Part shown: positions 29,909 to 39,313 of the stretch, piece by piece | How positions within the stretch are numbered: the first letter of the stretch is position 1 | Layout: every line of letters starts with the position of its first letter | From: an uncultured Gammaproteobacteria bacterium | GTDB taxonomy: Bacteria; Patescibacteriota; Microgenomatia; UBA10105 | Assembly (NCBI GenBank): GCA_964412165.1 | Contig: CAYPMW010000002.1 | Location: 1,324 to 65,323, forward strand | Direction: 5' to 3' | DNA length: 64,000 nt | The notes under the pieces: model-generated | Databases searched by the model: none | What the model saw: only the letters and a program-made list of their open reading frames with translations | What the model was told of the DNA's origin: nothing | Position numbers and translations under genes: made by a program

Positions 29909-31630
29909 TTAAACTTTCTTAAAAAACCAGTTTTTACAAAGATCCGGAAGCGTTGATGCTTCAAGTGTAGAAAATTGTTCCCATGTACGGGGAATCTGGT
30001 ATTGGTTTTGAACAATAGAATACGGCGCGCAAATCTTATCACCTTCAATGATCCACGTATCAAAACCGTCCTGAAGTCTCGCTAGATCTGTGGTAGGATT
30101 TTCGCCGCAGGGAAATTTGTCTCTATGGAGAATGATGAGGGATGCATCTTTTATCTCCTTACAGTCTTCGATAAACGAAATTTTTCCAACTTCAAATGTC
30201 CTATTATACCACTGCTTCTGAACTTCAACCGGGTCAAGACGGGTATAAAAAGCGAATTGTAAAAAATGTGTCAACGGCCCGTTTGCAAGTACTGCCACTT
30301 TTTCAGATACCGGCACATGCTGAATGTACTGTTCAAGCAGGCGTTCACCCGTAAAAAGTCCTGCCGCTCCAAAACTCGGATAGCGGAAAAAGTAAATAAA
30401 TAGAAAATTTACCACAAGTATGGCGTATAAAAAACATACGCTGCCAATTACAGCTCTCCTACCAGGAATTCGCTGGATGAGTAACTTCATGTAATAAAGG
30501 CCGCAGGAAACTAAGAGGCAAAATATTATTAATGTGAGCATTGAGCGCAGAACATACGCCTGTCCGATACTGCTGACAATCCCGGGAATCGCACCGGTCA
30601 AAAAGAACAACCCCGCAAAAAGTAAGAGTTTTTTAGAGTAGCGCACCAGATAATACAGTCCCAGAATCAAAAAAATTGCATCAAGCGTATAAAGAAGCCC
30701 ATGCACCCAGACTGAATGCTGGATTGAACCGTCGCCACCAATAAACAAAAGTTGGGATGAGAAATGATTTATGAAATTATCACCTAATTTTTTAACAAGG
30801 ATTACTCCCCGATTTGTAAAAAATTTCGTTATTTCAATAGGTGCGAGCGATTCAGCTCTTTCTTTTTTAAGTATTGCTACGCTTTCAGGGAAAGATATGA
30901 ACGAAATCTCATTGAGCCTGTCCGCGGCACTACTGAAACGAACAAATACAAGAAAGATAAAAATAAAAAACGCTGCACCAGATGCTATAAAAAAATAAAT
31001 GTCCTTTTTTGAAGCCTTTTCATCCCACCGAAGTGAAGCCGTCACTCCAATAAGCGGCAAAAAAAGGGCTTTTATCCCATCATACGTCAGAAACGCTCCG
31101 GCGATAGGAATAATGCTTACCAACAAAAAGCGCCTTGAAAGCTTAAGCATGAGATTGAGTGAAAGTAAGATTAGCGTAAAAGCCATTGGCATTTCAAAGG
31201 CAGTCCGGGTAGCAATCAAATGCCACGGAGAAATACTAAGCACCAAAGCGGACAAAAGAGCGATTTTTTCAGATTTGGAAATTGTTTTTACAAAATGGTA
31301 CATAAGAAGTATCGAAAATACACCCAGTACCGCGTTGGTTAAACGGACGCTAAACGGAGACAGTCCGAAAATAGCAACAGTCGGTAAATGGAAAAAAGCC
31401 TGCAGCTCTGACTGCGAATATCGATATGGCACGATTAAAAGTGACTTATACCACGGCTGTCCTGCCACATCTTTTCCAGTTGAGATTAAACTATAAGCAT
31501 TGTATGCGGCAAACACTTCATCATCAGAGATTCCCGGAGGTACGAGGTGCAGTGCATAAATTCTTAAGAAACCTGAAATTATGAGTATCAGGAGAAGAAA
31601 AATCCACAGTCGCTTACCAAACAGTAACAT
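29909..31630 (-). CDS. ArnT/PMT-like membrane glycosyltransferase
   Basis: PPGISDDE, FSVRL, SPWHL; multi-TM. Confidence 0.85.
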   Translation of the reverse strand: MLLFGKRLWIFLLLILIISGFLRIYALHLVPPGISDDEVFAAYNAYSLISTGKDVAGQPWYKSLLIVPYRYSQSELQAFFHLPTVAIFGLSPFSVRLTNAVLGVFSILLMYHFVKTISKSEKIALLSALVLSISPWHLIATRTAFEMPMAFTLILLSLNLMLKLSRRFLLVSIIPIAGAFLTYDGIKALFLPLIGVTASLRWDEKASKKDIYFFIASGAAFFIFIFLVFVRFSSAADRLNEISFISFPESVAILKKERAESLAPIEITKFFTNRGVILVKKLGDNFINHFSSQLLFIGGDGSIQHSVWVHGLLYTLDAIFLILGLYYLVRYSKKLLLFAGLFFLTGAIPGIVSSIGQAYVLRSMLTLIIFCLLVSCGLYYMKLLIQRIPGRRAVIGSVCFLYAILVVNFLFIYFFRYPSFGAAGLFTGERLLEQYIQHVPVSEKVAVLANGPLTHFLQFAFYTRLDPVEVQKQWYNRTFEVGKISFIEDCKEIKDASLIILHRDKFPCGENPTTDLARLQDGFDTWIIEGDKICAPYSIVQNQYQIPRTWEQFSTLEASTLPDLCKNWFFKKV

Positions 31631-31762
31631 CGGCTACATTATATCCTAATTAATATAAGTTACTTGCCACCTTCCAGGTGGAATAGACGTGCAACCTCTA
31701 CTTTATGTGATTAGCTATCTTTCTTAACATTACACGATTAATATCTACTTTACTCTTAGTAT

Positions 31763-32632
31763 TTAATGGATTTCGAAAATAAGCCCTGCGGATAAAGTCT
31801 TTACTTTACCAGCTACAGGATTAGCAAAGTGAGAACCAACGAGCAACGTGTCTGTATCTTTGATTTCGGCTAAAAGTTTCCTTCGGGTTACTACTGTCTG
31901 ATCAGGAAATGTATCGGCAAGAGTTGTCCATCCCTGAAATGCAATCTGGCATGGATGGTGAAGCGTATCACCTGAAATGATAGCTCTTTTACCTCGAGAT
32001 TCGATCATGATACTTACGTGATGTGGGGTATGGCCGGGTGTGGGAATTAATCTGATATATTGATCTATGAGATGATCGTCGGAAACTAATTCTGCTAATC
32101 CCGCTTCGATTATTGGTGTGACTGAATCGTCGATTCCGTTAAAATCGTCAACCATCTCCTTTTCTGGTTTTTTGATCCAATACTCATATTCTTTTTTAGA
32201 AAAAAGGTATTTAACGCGATGAAAAGTTGGTATCCAAATTCCATTATCACGTTTTGTGTTCCACCCCACATGGTCAAAATGAAGATGCGTACAGGCCACT
32301 ATATCAATTTCTTCCGGCAGAATACCTACTGCCTTAAACTTCTCTAAATAATTCGTCTGTAGATTTCCCCAGGTGGGAACATTGGGCCTTTCTTTGTCGT
32401 TTCCATTACATGTATCAATTAAAATATTTTTTCCGTTTGACCGGATCAAAAAACTTTGTACCTGAGCTCTAAGATTCCCCTTTTCACCTACAAAGTGGGG
32501 CTTAAGCCATTCTATGACTAATACTCGTTCCGGTTTTGCTTCTGGAATAAACGTGGAAAAAACTTGATTGTCTACCATTTCGACAATTTGGATTATTTCC
32601 ACGTCACCGATCATCCATCTCAAATTATTCAT
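31763..32632 (-). CDS. Metallo-beta-lactamase-fold hydrolase
   Basis: THLHFDH, TPGHTPHH, SGD. Confidence 0.92.
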   Translation of the reverse strand: MNNLRWMIGDVEIIQIVEMVDNQVFSTFIPEAKPERVLVIEWLKPHFVGEKGNLRAQVQSFLIRSNGKNILIDTCNGNDKERPNVPTWGNLQTNYLEKFKAVGILPEEIDIVACTHLHFDHVGWNTKRDNGIWIPTFHRVKYLFSKKEYEYWIKKPEKEMVDDFNGIDDSVTPIIEAGLAELVSDDHLIDQYIRLIPTPGHTPHHVSIMIESRGKRAIISGDTLHHPCQIAFQGWTTLADTFPDQTVVTRRKLLAEIKDTDTLLVGSHFANPVAGKVKTLSAGLIFEIH

Positions 32633-33027
32633 AAAGAAAATTCAAACTTTTTTCCTTTGGAGCTTATAAATTCTTTAAAATCTAAATCACTAATAGTGTA
32701 GTATTCTCTCCAAAAATTAATCCTCCCGTCTTTTAATTCAACTACCACGACACCATGATTACCTCTCCGATCCTCCATTGTAAAGGTAAATTCTCCGGCG
32801 CCAATTTGTTTGTCTTCATCAAACATGAGCTGGTGCCAGACAAGTTTCATTTGCTTTGGGCTATCAAAATACTTAAATAGGCTATCCTTACCGAAAATCA
32901 GCTGTTTATCAGGAGGCTCCATATAAATGGCGTCTTCAGTAAAACAGTCAACAGACCTTTTAGGATCATGTCTATTCCATCCATCAGCCACAGTTTGCAT
33001 CAGTTTTTTAAAGTCACTTATTTTCAT
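32629..33027 (-). CDS. NTF2/SnoaL-like protein
   Basis: FTEDAIY...DGRI.FWREY. Confidence 0.8.
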   Translation of the reverse strand: MKISDFKKLMQTVADGWNRHDPKRSVDCFTEDAIYMEPPDKQLIFGKDSLFKYFDSPKQMKLVWHQLMFDEDKQIGAGEFTFTMEDRRGNHGVVVVELKDGRINFWREYYTISDLDFKEFISSKGKKFEFSL

Positions 33028-33114
33028 GGGTATTCAATTCTTGATATTACGTATAAATAATTTTTGATGTGTGCAGGGCAGTTTCTGACGTTAGAACTAA
33101 TTACGCACAAAGTA

Positions 33115-33624
33115 TTAACTCTTTGTATTATATACCAACTTTGAAAAATTATTTTGTACTCCTTGCGTCATCTGCCGAACACACCATTTAGCATACATTC
33201 CTCCAAGCCGTACTCCCAGCACACGCGTTTTCCAGGATTTGGGTAAATCATAGTCAATGTACACCGTAAATTGAGATCTCGCCGCGTAAGGTTTTATCTT
33301 AAAACCGAGCGTATAGTGATCAATAACCAATAAATTAATATTGCCAACTGTCTGCCATTCTTTCTGGAGTGGAAAATCATGAATCGTTATTACTTCGTCC
33401 AAAAATAGTTTTACGCCAAGTACGTTACCACTCATAGTTATATGTGATCCTACTTTTTTCCCCTCACCTTCGTCTGTATGTGTTTCCATTTTGCTACCAG
33501 CCATCATCCAACTCGATTGGTTCATGTGGGCTGAAAAATTCCCCTGATCATCAGCATATGCAAAAATTACATCAGGCGAAACGCTTACAACCACGCTTTC
33601 TTCTAAATGGCGTTCTCTTTCCAT
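33115..33624 (-). CDS. SRPBCC-family protein
   Basis: ESVVVSVSPDVIFAYADD pattern; start taken at MERE. Confidence 0.7.
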   Translation of the reverse strand: MERERHLEESVVVSVSPDVIFAYADDQGNFSAHMNQSSWMMAGSKMETHTDEGEGKKVGSHITMSGNVLGVKLFLDEVITIHDFPLQKEWQTVGNINLLVIDHYTLGFKIKPYAARSQFTVYIDYDLPKSWKTRVLGVRLGGMYAKWCVRQMTQGVQNNFSKLVYNTKS

Positions 33625-33633
33625 AAAACTCTT

Positions 33634-33744
33634 CTCTAGAAACACTTGATGTAATGATTAAGTGTTTCTTGACCCCGCCGCTTAAATGCTCTTTGAGTCG
33701 TGTATGAATAATACTGTAAAGACTCAAAGTAAGTTTAGGCGGGC
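33634..33744 (-). promoter_or_regulatory. Conserved structured leader, copy A
   Basis: Homologous to 36193-36321 with compensatory changes; ends about 10 nt before a start codon. Confidence 0.7.
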
Positions 33745-34270
33745 CTAAACGGTAATTAAATCTTTTTCAGCATTATTTAGTAAAACTGCGTTAGTGGCAA
33801 CGATAATTGAAGAGATACTCATCACGAGTGCGGAAAATTCAGGTCGAAGCGTTATACCAAAACTCGGATATAAAACTCCTGCGGCAACTGGTATGGACAA
33901 CAGATTATAAATGCTTGCCCATACTAGATTTTGTTTCATTTTGGTAACAGTGGCTTTAGATAATTTAATTGCTCGCAACACATCTGCCGGATCAGATTTC
34001 ATCAGTACTACTTTAGCTGTTTCAATGGCCACGTCGGTACCTGCCCCAATGGCGATACCAATATCTGCCTGAGCTAAAGCTTCGGCCGGCAGGCATTTGA
34101 GAAATAGGTTTCATCGTGTGATCACCATGTTTCATTTCGCTATGATCAATTCCTTCGTGTTTTACTTCTTTTTCAATTGGAACAAGCTTCATACCACATT
34201 TCGGACATTTTCCAGGATTTTCTTCTTGCACTTCTGGGTGCATCGGACAGGTATAGAAAGTTTTATTCAT
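33745..34270 (-). pseudogene. Internally deleted P1B-type copper ATPase
   Basis: N-terminal YTCPMHP..CPKCGM and His-rich segment joined out of frame to [20 protein letters not shown]...YN...MSISS. Confidence 0.85.
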
Positions 34271-34349
34271 GACTGTATTTATAATACACGCTATTTATGA
34301 AGATTTGGTGAAAAAGATACCTTGACTATGAACTAATACTTTATTAAGC

Positions 34350-34366
34350 TACTTATATAATAAGTA
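34350..34366. promoter_or_regulatory. Palindrome upstream of marR, putative operator
   Basis: TACTTAT-ATA-ATAAGTA. Confidence 0.5.
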
Positions 34367-34382
34367 ACTAATATAATATTAT

Positions 34383-34832
34383 ATGTCCACAAGAAAACAA
34401 CGTATCGAGGAAATTCTGCACAGCTTCCACGCTCTTCGAAGCATTACGAAAGCTAGAGCGAGAGTTCTTGATGCTAACCATCAAGTTCACATAACCCACT
34501 CCCAATGGTTTGTTCTGAGAGTGGTTGAACACTTCAAAAAAAGAAACATTAAAGATATAGCGGAAGCGCTGGAGATGTCATCAAGTGCTGCAACACAACT
34601 TGTGGATGGCCTTGTGCAAAAAGGCTATGTACTCCGTCAGGAAAACCCGGAAGACCGCCGCTTGGTACAACTAGAACTTTCGCCAAAGGGGAAGAAACAT
34701 ATAGCCGCGTCCAAGGAAAAGCGCATACATGAAATGGCAGAGATATTTGACGCCTTGACCGATCAGGAACTTAAAGAATTTGTACGATTACTCAAGAAAA
34801 TCACATCAAGGATTATGCACAAAAAATCTTAA
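34383..34832 (+). CDS. MarR-family regulator
   Basis: ATQLVDGLVQKGYV.R...EDRR...L.LSPKG. Confidence 0.92.
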   Translation: MSTRKQRIEEILHSFHALRSITKARARVLDANHQVHITHSQWFVLRVVEHFKKRNIKDIAEALEMSSSAATQLVDGLVQKGYVLRQENPEDRRLVQLELSPKGKKHIAASKEKRIHEMAEIFDALTDQELKEFVRLLKKITSRIMHKKS

Positions 34833-34837
34833 TCACT

Positions 34838-35662
34838 ATGTTCAAGACGTTTTCTAAATATTTTCAATCCATGCATTATGTAACGATTGCGGTTCTTCTT
34901 GTAGTGGCAATTGTTGAAAACATCGGCCGCGGATTTCCAGTAAATACGCTTGTGGCTGTACTTGTAGCATCCGTTCTGGATATTGCGATAATAAAGTTTT
35001 GGCTGAAAAGAAGTTTAACGATGCCTGTATCAGCGATCATTACCGGCCTGATAGTCGGCACAGTGTCTGTGAATGCCCCCGTTCTGGGCGTCTTTTTTGC
35101 AACGGTTCTTGCAATACTTTCTAAGTTTGTCATCAGGCTAAAAGCGTCGCACATATTCAACCCCGCCGTGTTTGGCGTGGTTGTGACACAAGTACTAAAT
35201 CCAGCAGCCCACAGCGCTGTCGCTCACAGGTCGTCACAGGCAGTCCATGGTTTTGGGCCTGGCGGTTTTGCGGTAAGTATCTGGCTTGTGCCGCTATTGA
35301 TATTTGCCAATTACAGGGCAAGGAAACTGTGGATTTCGATACCATTTCTGATAGCATCAACGTTGCTTTTCTATCTCACGGGACTCGCAAGATTCAATTC
35401 ATTGAATATTCAGGAGATAATCAGGTTTCTCACAGCATTACCCTGGTATTTTGGATTCATAATAGTGTCGGAGCCGAGGACTTCCCCTGTCAGCAAGAAT
35501 CAACAGATTCTGTTCGGAATCGGTATTGCGATTCTTTCCGTATTACCGCAGATTTTATTTGATTTCTACTCGCACACTGGATCACTCGTAACACTGCTTC
35601 TTGGAAATTTTATGTATGCGATGTATCGCGTGAATAAAATAACGAATAAGATTCCTACCTAA
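34838..35662 (+). CDS. Stand-alone RnfD/NqrB-family membrane protein
   Basis: SAIITGL, SKF, HIFNPA, EPRTSP motifs. Confidence 0.75.
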   Translation: MFKTFSKYFQSMHYVTIAVLLVVAIVENIGRGFPVNTLVAVLVASVLDIAIIKFWLKRSLTMPVSAIITGLIVGTVSVNAPVLGVFFATVLAILSKFVIRLKASHIFNPAVFGVVVTQVLNPAAHSAVAHRSSQAVHGFGPGGFAVSIWLVPLLIFANYRARKLWISIPFLIASTLLFYLTGLARFNSLNIQEIIRFLTALPWYFGFIIVSEPRTSPVSKNQQILFGIGIAILSVLPQILFDFYSHTGSLVTLLLGNFMYAMYRVNKITNKIPT

Positions 35663-35926
35663 ATAGTCATCTCCATATCGTTCATCATGTTGATAAAGCC
35701 TTCTTTCCAATTCTCCCCGTGTTGTTTTTTCATCATCTAAACCATTTCTTTTCAATCATCTCCATCCATCATGGTATTCATCATTGACATGTGAGCAATG
35801 GGGCCATTTCGTGCGGTTCTTGAGCATGAGCTTGCGATACTTTGGTTACTTCTACCAACAGTCCTGCCCCGACAAGCGGTAAGATAAGAAATGCAAAAGC
35901 AAAATAACAAACTGTTTTGTAATTCA
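35663..35926 (-). pseudogene. Disrupted small exported Met-rich protein
   Basis: Signal-like FAFLILPLVGAGLL..AHA, then a frameshift into MMNTMMDGDD*KEMV*MMKKQHGENW with stops. Confidence 0.5.
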
Positions 35927-35972
35927 CCGAACATCACTTCCTTTGACCACAAAGTTCTTACCAAAAAAAATT

Positions 35973-36179
35973 CTAATGCTTATGATCTCCACCTCTCATC
36001 ATAATAATATGAAGCAAAGGACAAAGGAGAAGAGTACCGGCAAACACAAGATTATTCGATGAAACTTTAAAGATCCAAATTGCAGCAAAGGCCAGAGTCG
36101 CTACGGCAATGCAAATTCCCAGTATTTTTAGACTCGAGTTCGTGCTTTTGGTAGTAGTGATGATCTCTTTTCCACTCAT
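35973..36179 (-). CDS. DUF2933-like small membrane protein
   Basis: LLLCPLLHIIMMRGGDHKH; GGAGGTG RBS. Confidence 0.75.
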   Translation of the reverse strand: MSGKEIITTTKSTNSSLKILGICIAVATLAFAAIWIFKVSSNNLVFAGTLLLCPLLHIIMMRGGDHKH

Positions 36180-36192
36180 ACTTTCTCACCTC

Positions 36193-36321
36193 CTCTAGAA
36201 ACACTTGATGTAATGATTAAATGTTTCTTGAGCCCGGCTAAATTAGCTCTTCAAACCGTGTACGCCTGTCCGCCTTTGGCGGAAATAGTACGAAAAAGGC
36301 TTGAAGTAAGAATAGACGGGC
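36193..36321 (-). promoter_or_regulatory. Conserved structured leader, copy B
   Basis: Homologue of 33634-33744; abuts the RBS; REP-like insert in a loop. Confidence 0.7.
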
Positions 36322-36409
36322 TTTTACCTCTACTCTACTCCTTCATCTATTAGGGAACCCTGAAGGAATGATGAAGAAATCTTCATGTTGAAATACGGAG
36401 GTTATTATT

Positions 36410-36422
36410 CTACACTCTGTAG
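36410..36422. promoter_or_regulatory. Putative BlaI-family operator
   Basis: CTACA-CTC-TGTAG immediately before the regulator start. Confidence 0.65.
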
Positions 36423-36427
36423 TAGAT

Positions 36428-36808
36428 ATGAAGCCAAAAGCATTGAGTGAGCTTGAGCAGGAAGTTATGAACATTGTCTGGGAATACGGGGACTGCTCGG
36501 TGCGTGACGTGCTGACGAGAATAAATAATAAGAAAAAACTCGCTTATACTACGATTGCCACCATTCTTCAGCGGCTTTGCGACAAAGGAATAGTTGCGCG
36601 AACAAATAAAGACATTGTCATTTATTACTCCCCGAAACTCTCCAAAGAAAACTACAGTAAAAGTATGGCCCGCTCGATCATTTCTAAGTTCTTCAATTCA
36701 TTTGGTGATGCGGCAATTGCTTCATTTGCTGAGTCAATTGAGAAATTACCCAGGTCAACAAAAGAGTACTTTTTGAAATTATTATCTGAAAAACATGAGA
36801 CTAAATAA
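36428..36808 (+). CDS. BlaI/MecI/CopY-family repressor
   Basis: LSELEQEVMNIVW, LAYTTIATILQRL. Confidence 0.93.
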   Translation: MKPKALSELEQEVMNIVWEYGDCSVRDVLTRINNKKKLAYTTIATILQRLCDKGIVARTNKDIVIYYSPKLSKENYSKSMARSIISKFFNSFGDAAIASFAESIEKLPRSTKEYFLKLLSEKHETK

Positions 36809-37790
36809 ATATCTCATTACATTCACAGGATTATTTACCGCTGTAAGCTTAATGTTGTTTGTCGTCCTCCAAAAGTACTTTCTCCTTCTTCTCCATCACA
36901 CGATTTATTATTGCAAGGAAATGGCTGAAACATTTGCTGTTCGTTTCCCCGATGGCACTGGAATTATCGTATTTACGATCCTTTCAATAATTTTGGTTTC
37001 CACTCTCATTAAATTGATCTCCACTGGACTAAAGATTTATCGGTTCAGAAAGGGATTACAACAAGACGTTACAGGTAACGGTAGGCTCTCAATATTGTTA
37101 GAGAAACTTGATTTGCAGTCAAAAGTTAAAGTAGTAGATTCGTCACGGATATTTGCGGTCTGTTTTGGTATTCTGAACCCTATAATATATCTGTCTACCA
37201 AGCTTATTAAGATGTTAACTAAGGACGAACTGGAAGTTGTGCTTCGCCACGAGAAGTATCATTTGAAAAATAGAGACACTATCACGCTTATGCTCGCTGT
37301 CATCTTTGAATCTTTTTTACCCTTCGTCCCGATTATTTCTGATCTCATTCGGCAATATAAAACAGATCGGGAGTTATCAGCTGATCGCGAGGCAGGCCTT
37401 GTTTACAATGGAGACAAGCTTTTATCGACAGTCCTGACTAAACTTCTAGTCTGTGAGCCACAGTATGCTTTCCTGCCTGCTCCAGCTATTACAGACGCCC
37501 AGACGCTGGAAGCAAGGATTTGTAGACTCACTAGTGGAGCATATCATCATAAATTATTTGGGATTAAAAATAGCCTGATTAGTGTTATCTCGGTAGGATT
37601 TCTTTTATTTCTCGCGTTTACTCCGGTTAACGCAGTTGAACTGCATTCAGACAATCACGACGTGATGATAGTTTGTGCTGCGACTCAATCGTGTGACATA
37701 GCTTGCAAAAAATCGGAAGTAATCATGGAACAAACATCTTCCCATTTGTATACGTCAAAAACTCACGCTTCATATATGTCTTCTAATTAG
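36795..37790 (+). CDS. BlaR1-like M56 membrane metallopeptidase
   Basis: HEKYH, ELSAD; TMs; no penicillin-binding domain. Confidence 0.9.
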   Translation: MRLNKYLITFTGLFTAVSLMLFVVLQKYFLLLLHHTIYYCKEMAETFAVRFPDGTGIIVFTILSIILVSTLIKLISTGLKIYRFRKGLQQDVTGNGRLSILLEKLDLQSKVKVVDSSRIFAVCFGILNPIIYLSTKLIKMLTKDELEVVLRHEKYHLKNRDTITLMLAVIFESFLPFVPIISDLIRQYKTDRELSADREAGLVYNGDKLLSTVLTKLLVCEPQYAFLPAPAITDAQTLEARICRLTSGAYHHKLFGIKNSLISVISVGFLLFLAFTPVNAVELHSDNHDVMIVCAATQSCDIACKKSEVIMEQTSSHLYTSKTHASYMSSN

Positions 37791-37793
37791 CCC

Positions 37794-37832
37794 TTGACAA
37801 ATAAAAGAATAATCTACTACACTGTGTAGTAG
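37794..37832 (+). promoter_or_regulatory. Promoter with overlapping BlaI-type operator
   Basis: TTGACA; palindrome CTACTACA-CTG-TGTAGTAG (37814-37832) over the -10. Confidence 0.75.
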
Positions 37833-37833
37833 T

Positions 37834-38076
37834 ATGGCAGAAGAGAAATCTAAAAGATCGCTTACTCCTGTCCTCGTCGTTCTTCTGGTAGTTGCCTCCT
37901 TTTTAATCGGTTCCCTTTATACAAAAGTTCAGGTATTAGAAAAAGGAGTTGAGGAAGGGGTTACGGGTACTCCGGGAACGATAATTCTCACTGCTAGTGG
38001 CAATACACAACTGATTCCGGGTGCCCTCCCATTTGAACAAGTAAAACCGATGATTGACGCAGCATTAAAGAAATAA
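37834..38076 (+). pseudogene. DsbA-family protein with the catalytic core deleted in-frame
   Basis: N-terminal TM joined to GVTGTPG..IPGALPFEQVKPMID; no CxxC. Confidence 0.75.
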
Positions 38077-38082
38077 TCATGG

Positions 38083-38611
38083 ATGAAGAATTTTTGTATC
38101 AATCTATTTACGGCCAGCAAAATTGTTCTGAATGACAAACTATATTTTGTAGGATTTCTGATTATTACAGCAGTTCTCTTTTGGCTGTTTTTATACATTC
38201 CGGTGAGGATTATTCCCGGCAATGACTTTACGTTTCAGCTCAGTATCCTAAGTCCCAAGGACATCACTGTCCTGGTTCTTCTATCTCTGGTTAGTGCTCT
38301 TTCACTCACCTTACATCTTTATATGTTGAGGAAAAGAACTTTAAATAAAGAAGTCGCCTTGACTCTCGGAAGCGGCTTTTTAGGGGGTACTGCAAGAGTA
38401 TGGTTCAATTTTTACTCCCGCCAGCTGCGCTGCTTGTGTCACGACACTGTTGAGTTTTTTGGGTGTTGGAACAGTGTTTTTCCTTCTTATTTACCGGCAG
38501 TATATTATTATTCTTTCGCTAGTTCTTATGCTTGTTTCTTTGCATTTTACAGCTCGGAAAGTTTTAGGAATATGTGACGTGTGTAAAGTTAATTATAAAA
38601 GAATGACATGA
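38083..38611 (+). pseudogene. Frameshifted Cys-containing membrane protein
   Basis: Frame change near 38400 continues as GSIFTPASCAACV..TM..CDVCK and ends in an ATGA overlap with the next gene. Confidence 0.7.
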
Positions 38612-39252
38612 ACAACGAACTTGTCGTGCCAGTTGGATTATCAAAACATGATCGCAAGGAATTTAAACGCCAATTTTATCGTGAGCTGCAACAGAAACAG
38701 GCAAGAACGGGACAGTTTAAAAAGTATGGAATCATTGGAGTAATTTGTCTCCTTATACTTTTAGGAGGCTACTGGTTAATTAAGCAAGCTTCAAAACCTC
38801 AACCAGGTGAGTTTGTGGCATCATTGGGAAACAAGCATATTCAAAACATCACCGATGCACATGATCCGTATAACTCTTTACCGCCCACGTCAGGAACTCA
38901 TGTTGGTGGGAAAGCTCAGTGGGGCATAAGCGATTCTCCTATTCCCGACGAACTACAACTCCATAATCTCGAAGACGGTGGTGTAGTGGTGCAATATAAC
39001 TGTACACCAGGTGCAGATTCCCAAAACCACGCGACTCCCAGTGCCGAGGCACAAGACGAGTGCAAAAAGCTGGTCGAAGATTTAAGTAGCATAGTGAAAA
39101 AGTATTCCGATAAAGTCCTCATGGCTCCGTATCCGAAACTGGATACCAAGATCGCTCTTACTGCTTGGACACGGATAGATAAATTCAATGATTTTGACGA
39201 TGAACGAATACAGAAATTTATAAAAGCATTTAAAGGTATCGATCATCATTAA
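38608..39252 (+). CDS. DUF3105-like membrane-anchored protein
   Basis: YNSLPPTSGTH, LHNLEDGGVVVQYNC, IALTAW. Confidence 0.85.
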   Translation: MNNELVVPVGLSKHDRKEFKRQFYRELQQKQARTGQFKKYGIIGVICLLILLGGYWLIKQASKPQPGEFVASLGNKHIQNITDAHDPYNSLPPTSGTHVGGKAQWGISDSPIPDELQLHNLEDGGVVVQYNCTPGADSQNHATPSAEAQDECKKLVEDLSSIVKKYSDKVLMAPYPKLDTKIALTAWTRIDKFNDFDDERIQKFIKAFKGIDHH

Positions 39253-39313
39253 TCTTAAACACAGTCGAAGGATTAATGAAATCCTCATGAATAATCGGTT
39301 AAAATAATAATCT

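Noticed and set aside
33725-33750. Integron attC site (GTTTAGGC..GCCTAAAC)
   Set aside because: Does not fit the RYYYAAC..GTTRRRY layout; no integrase; not shared by copy B.
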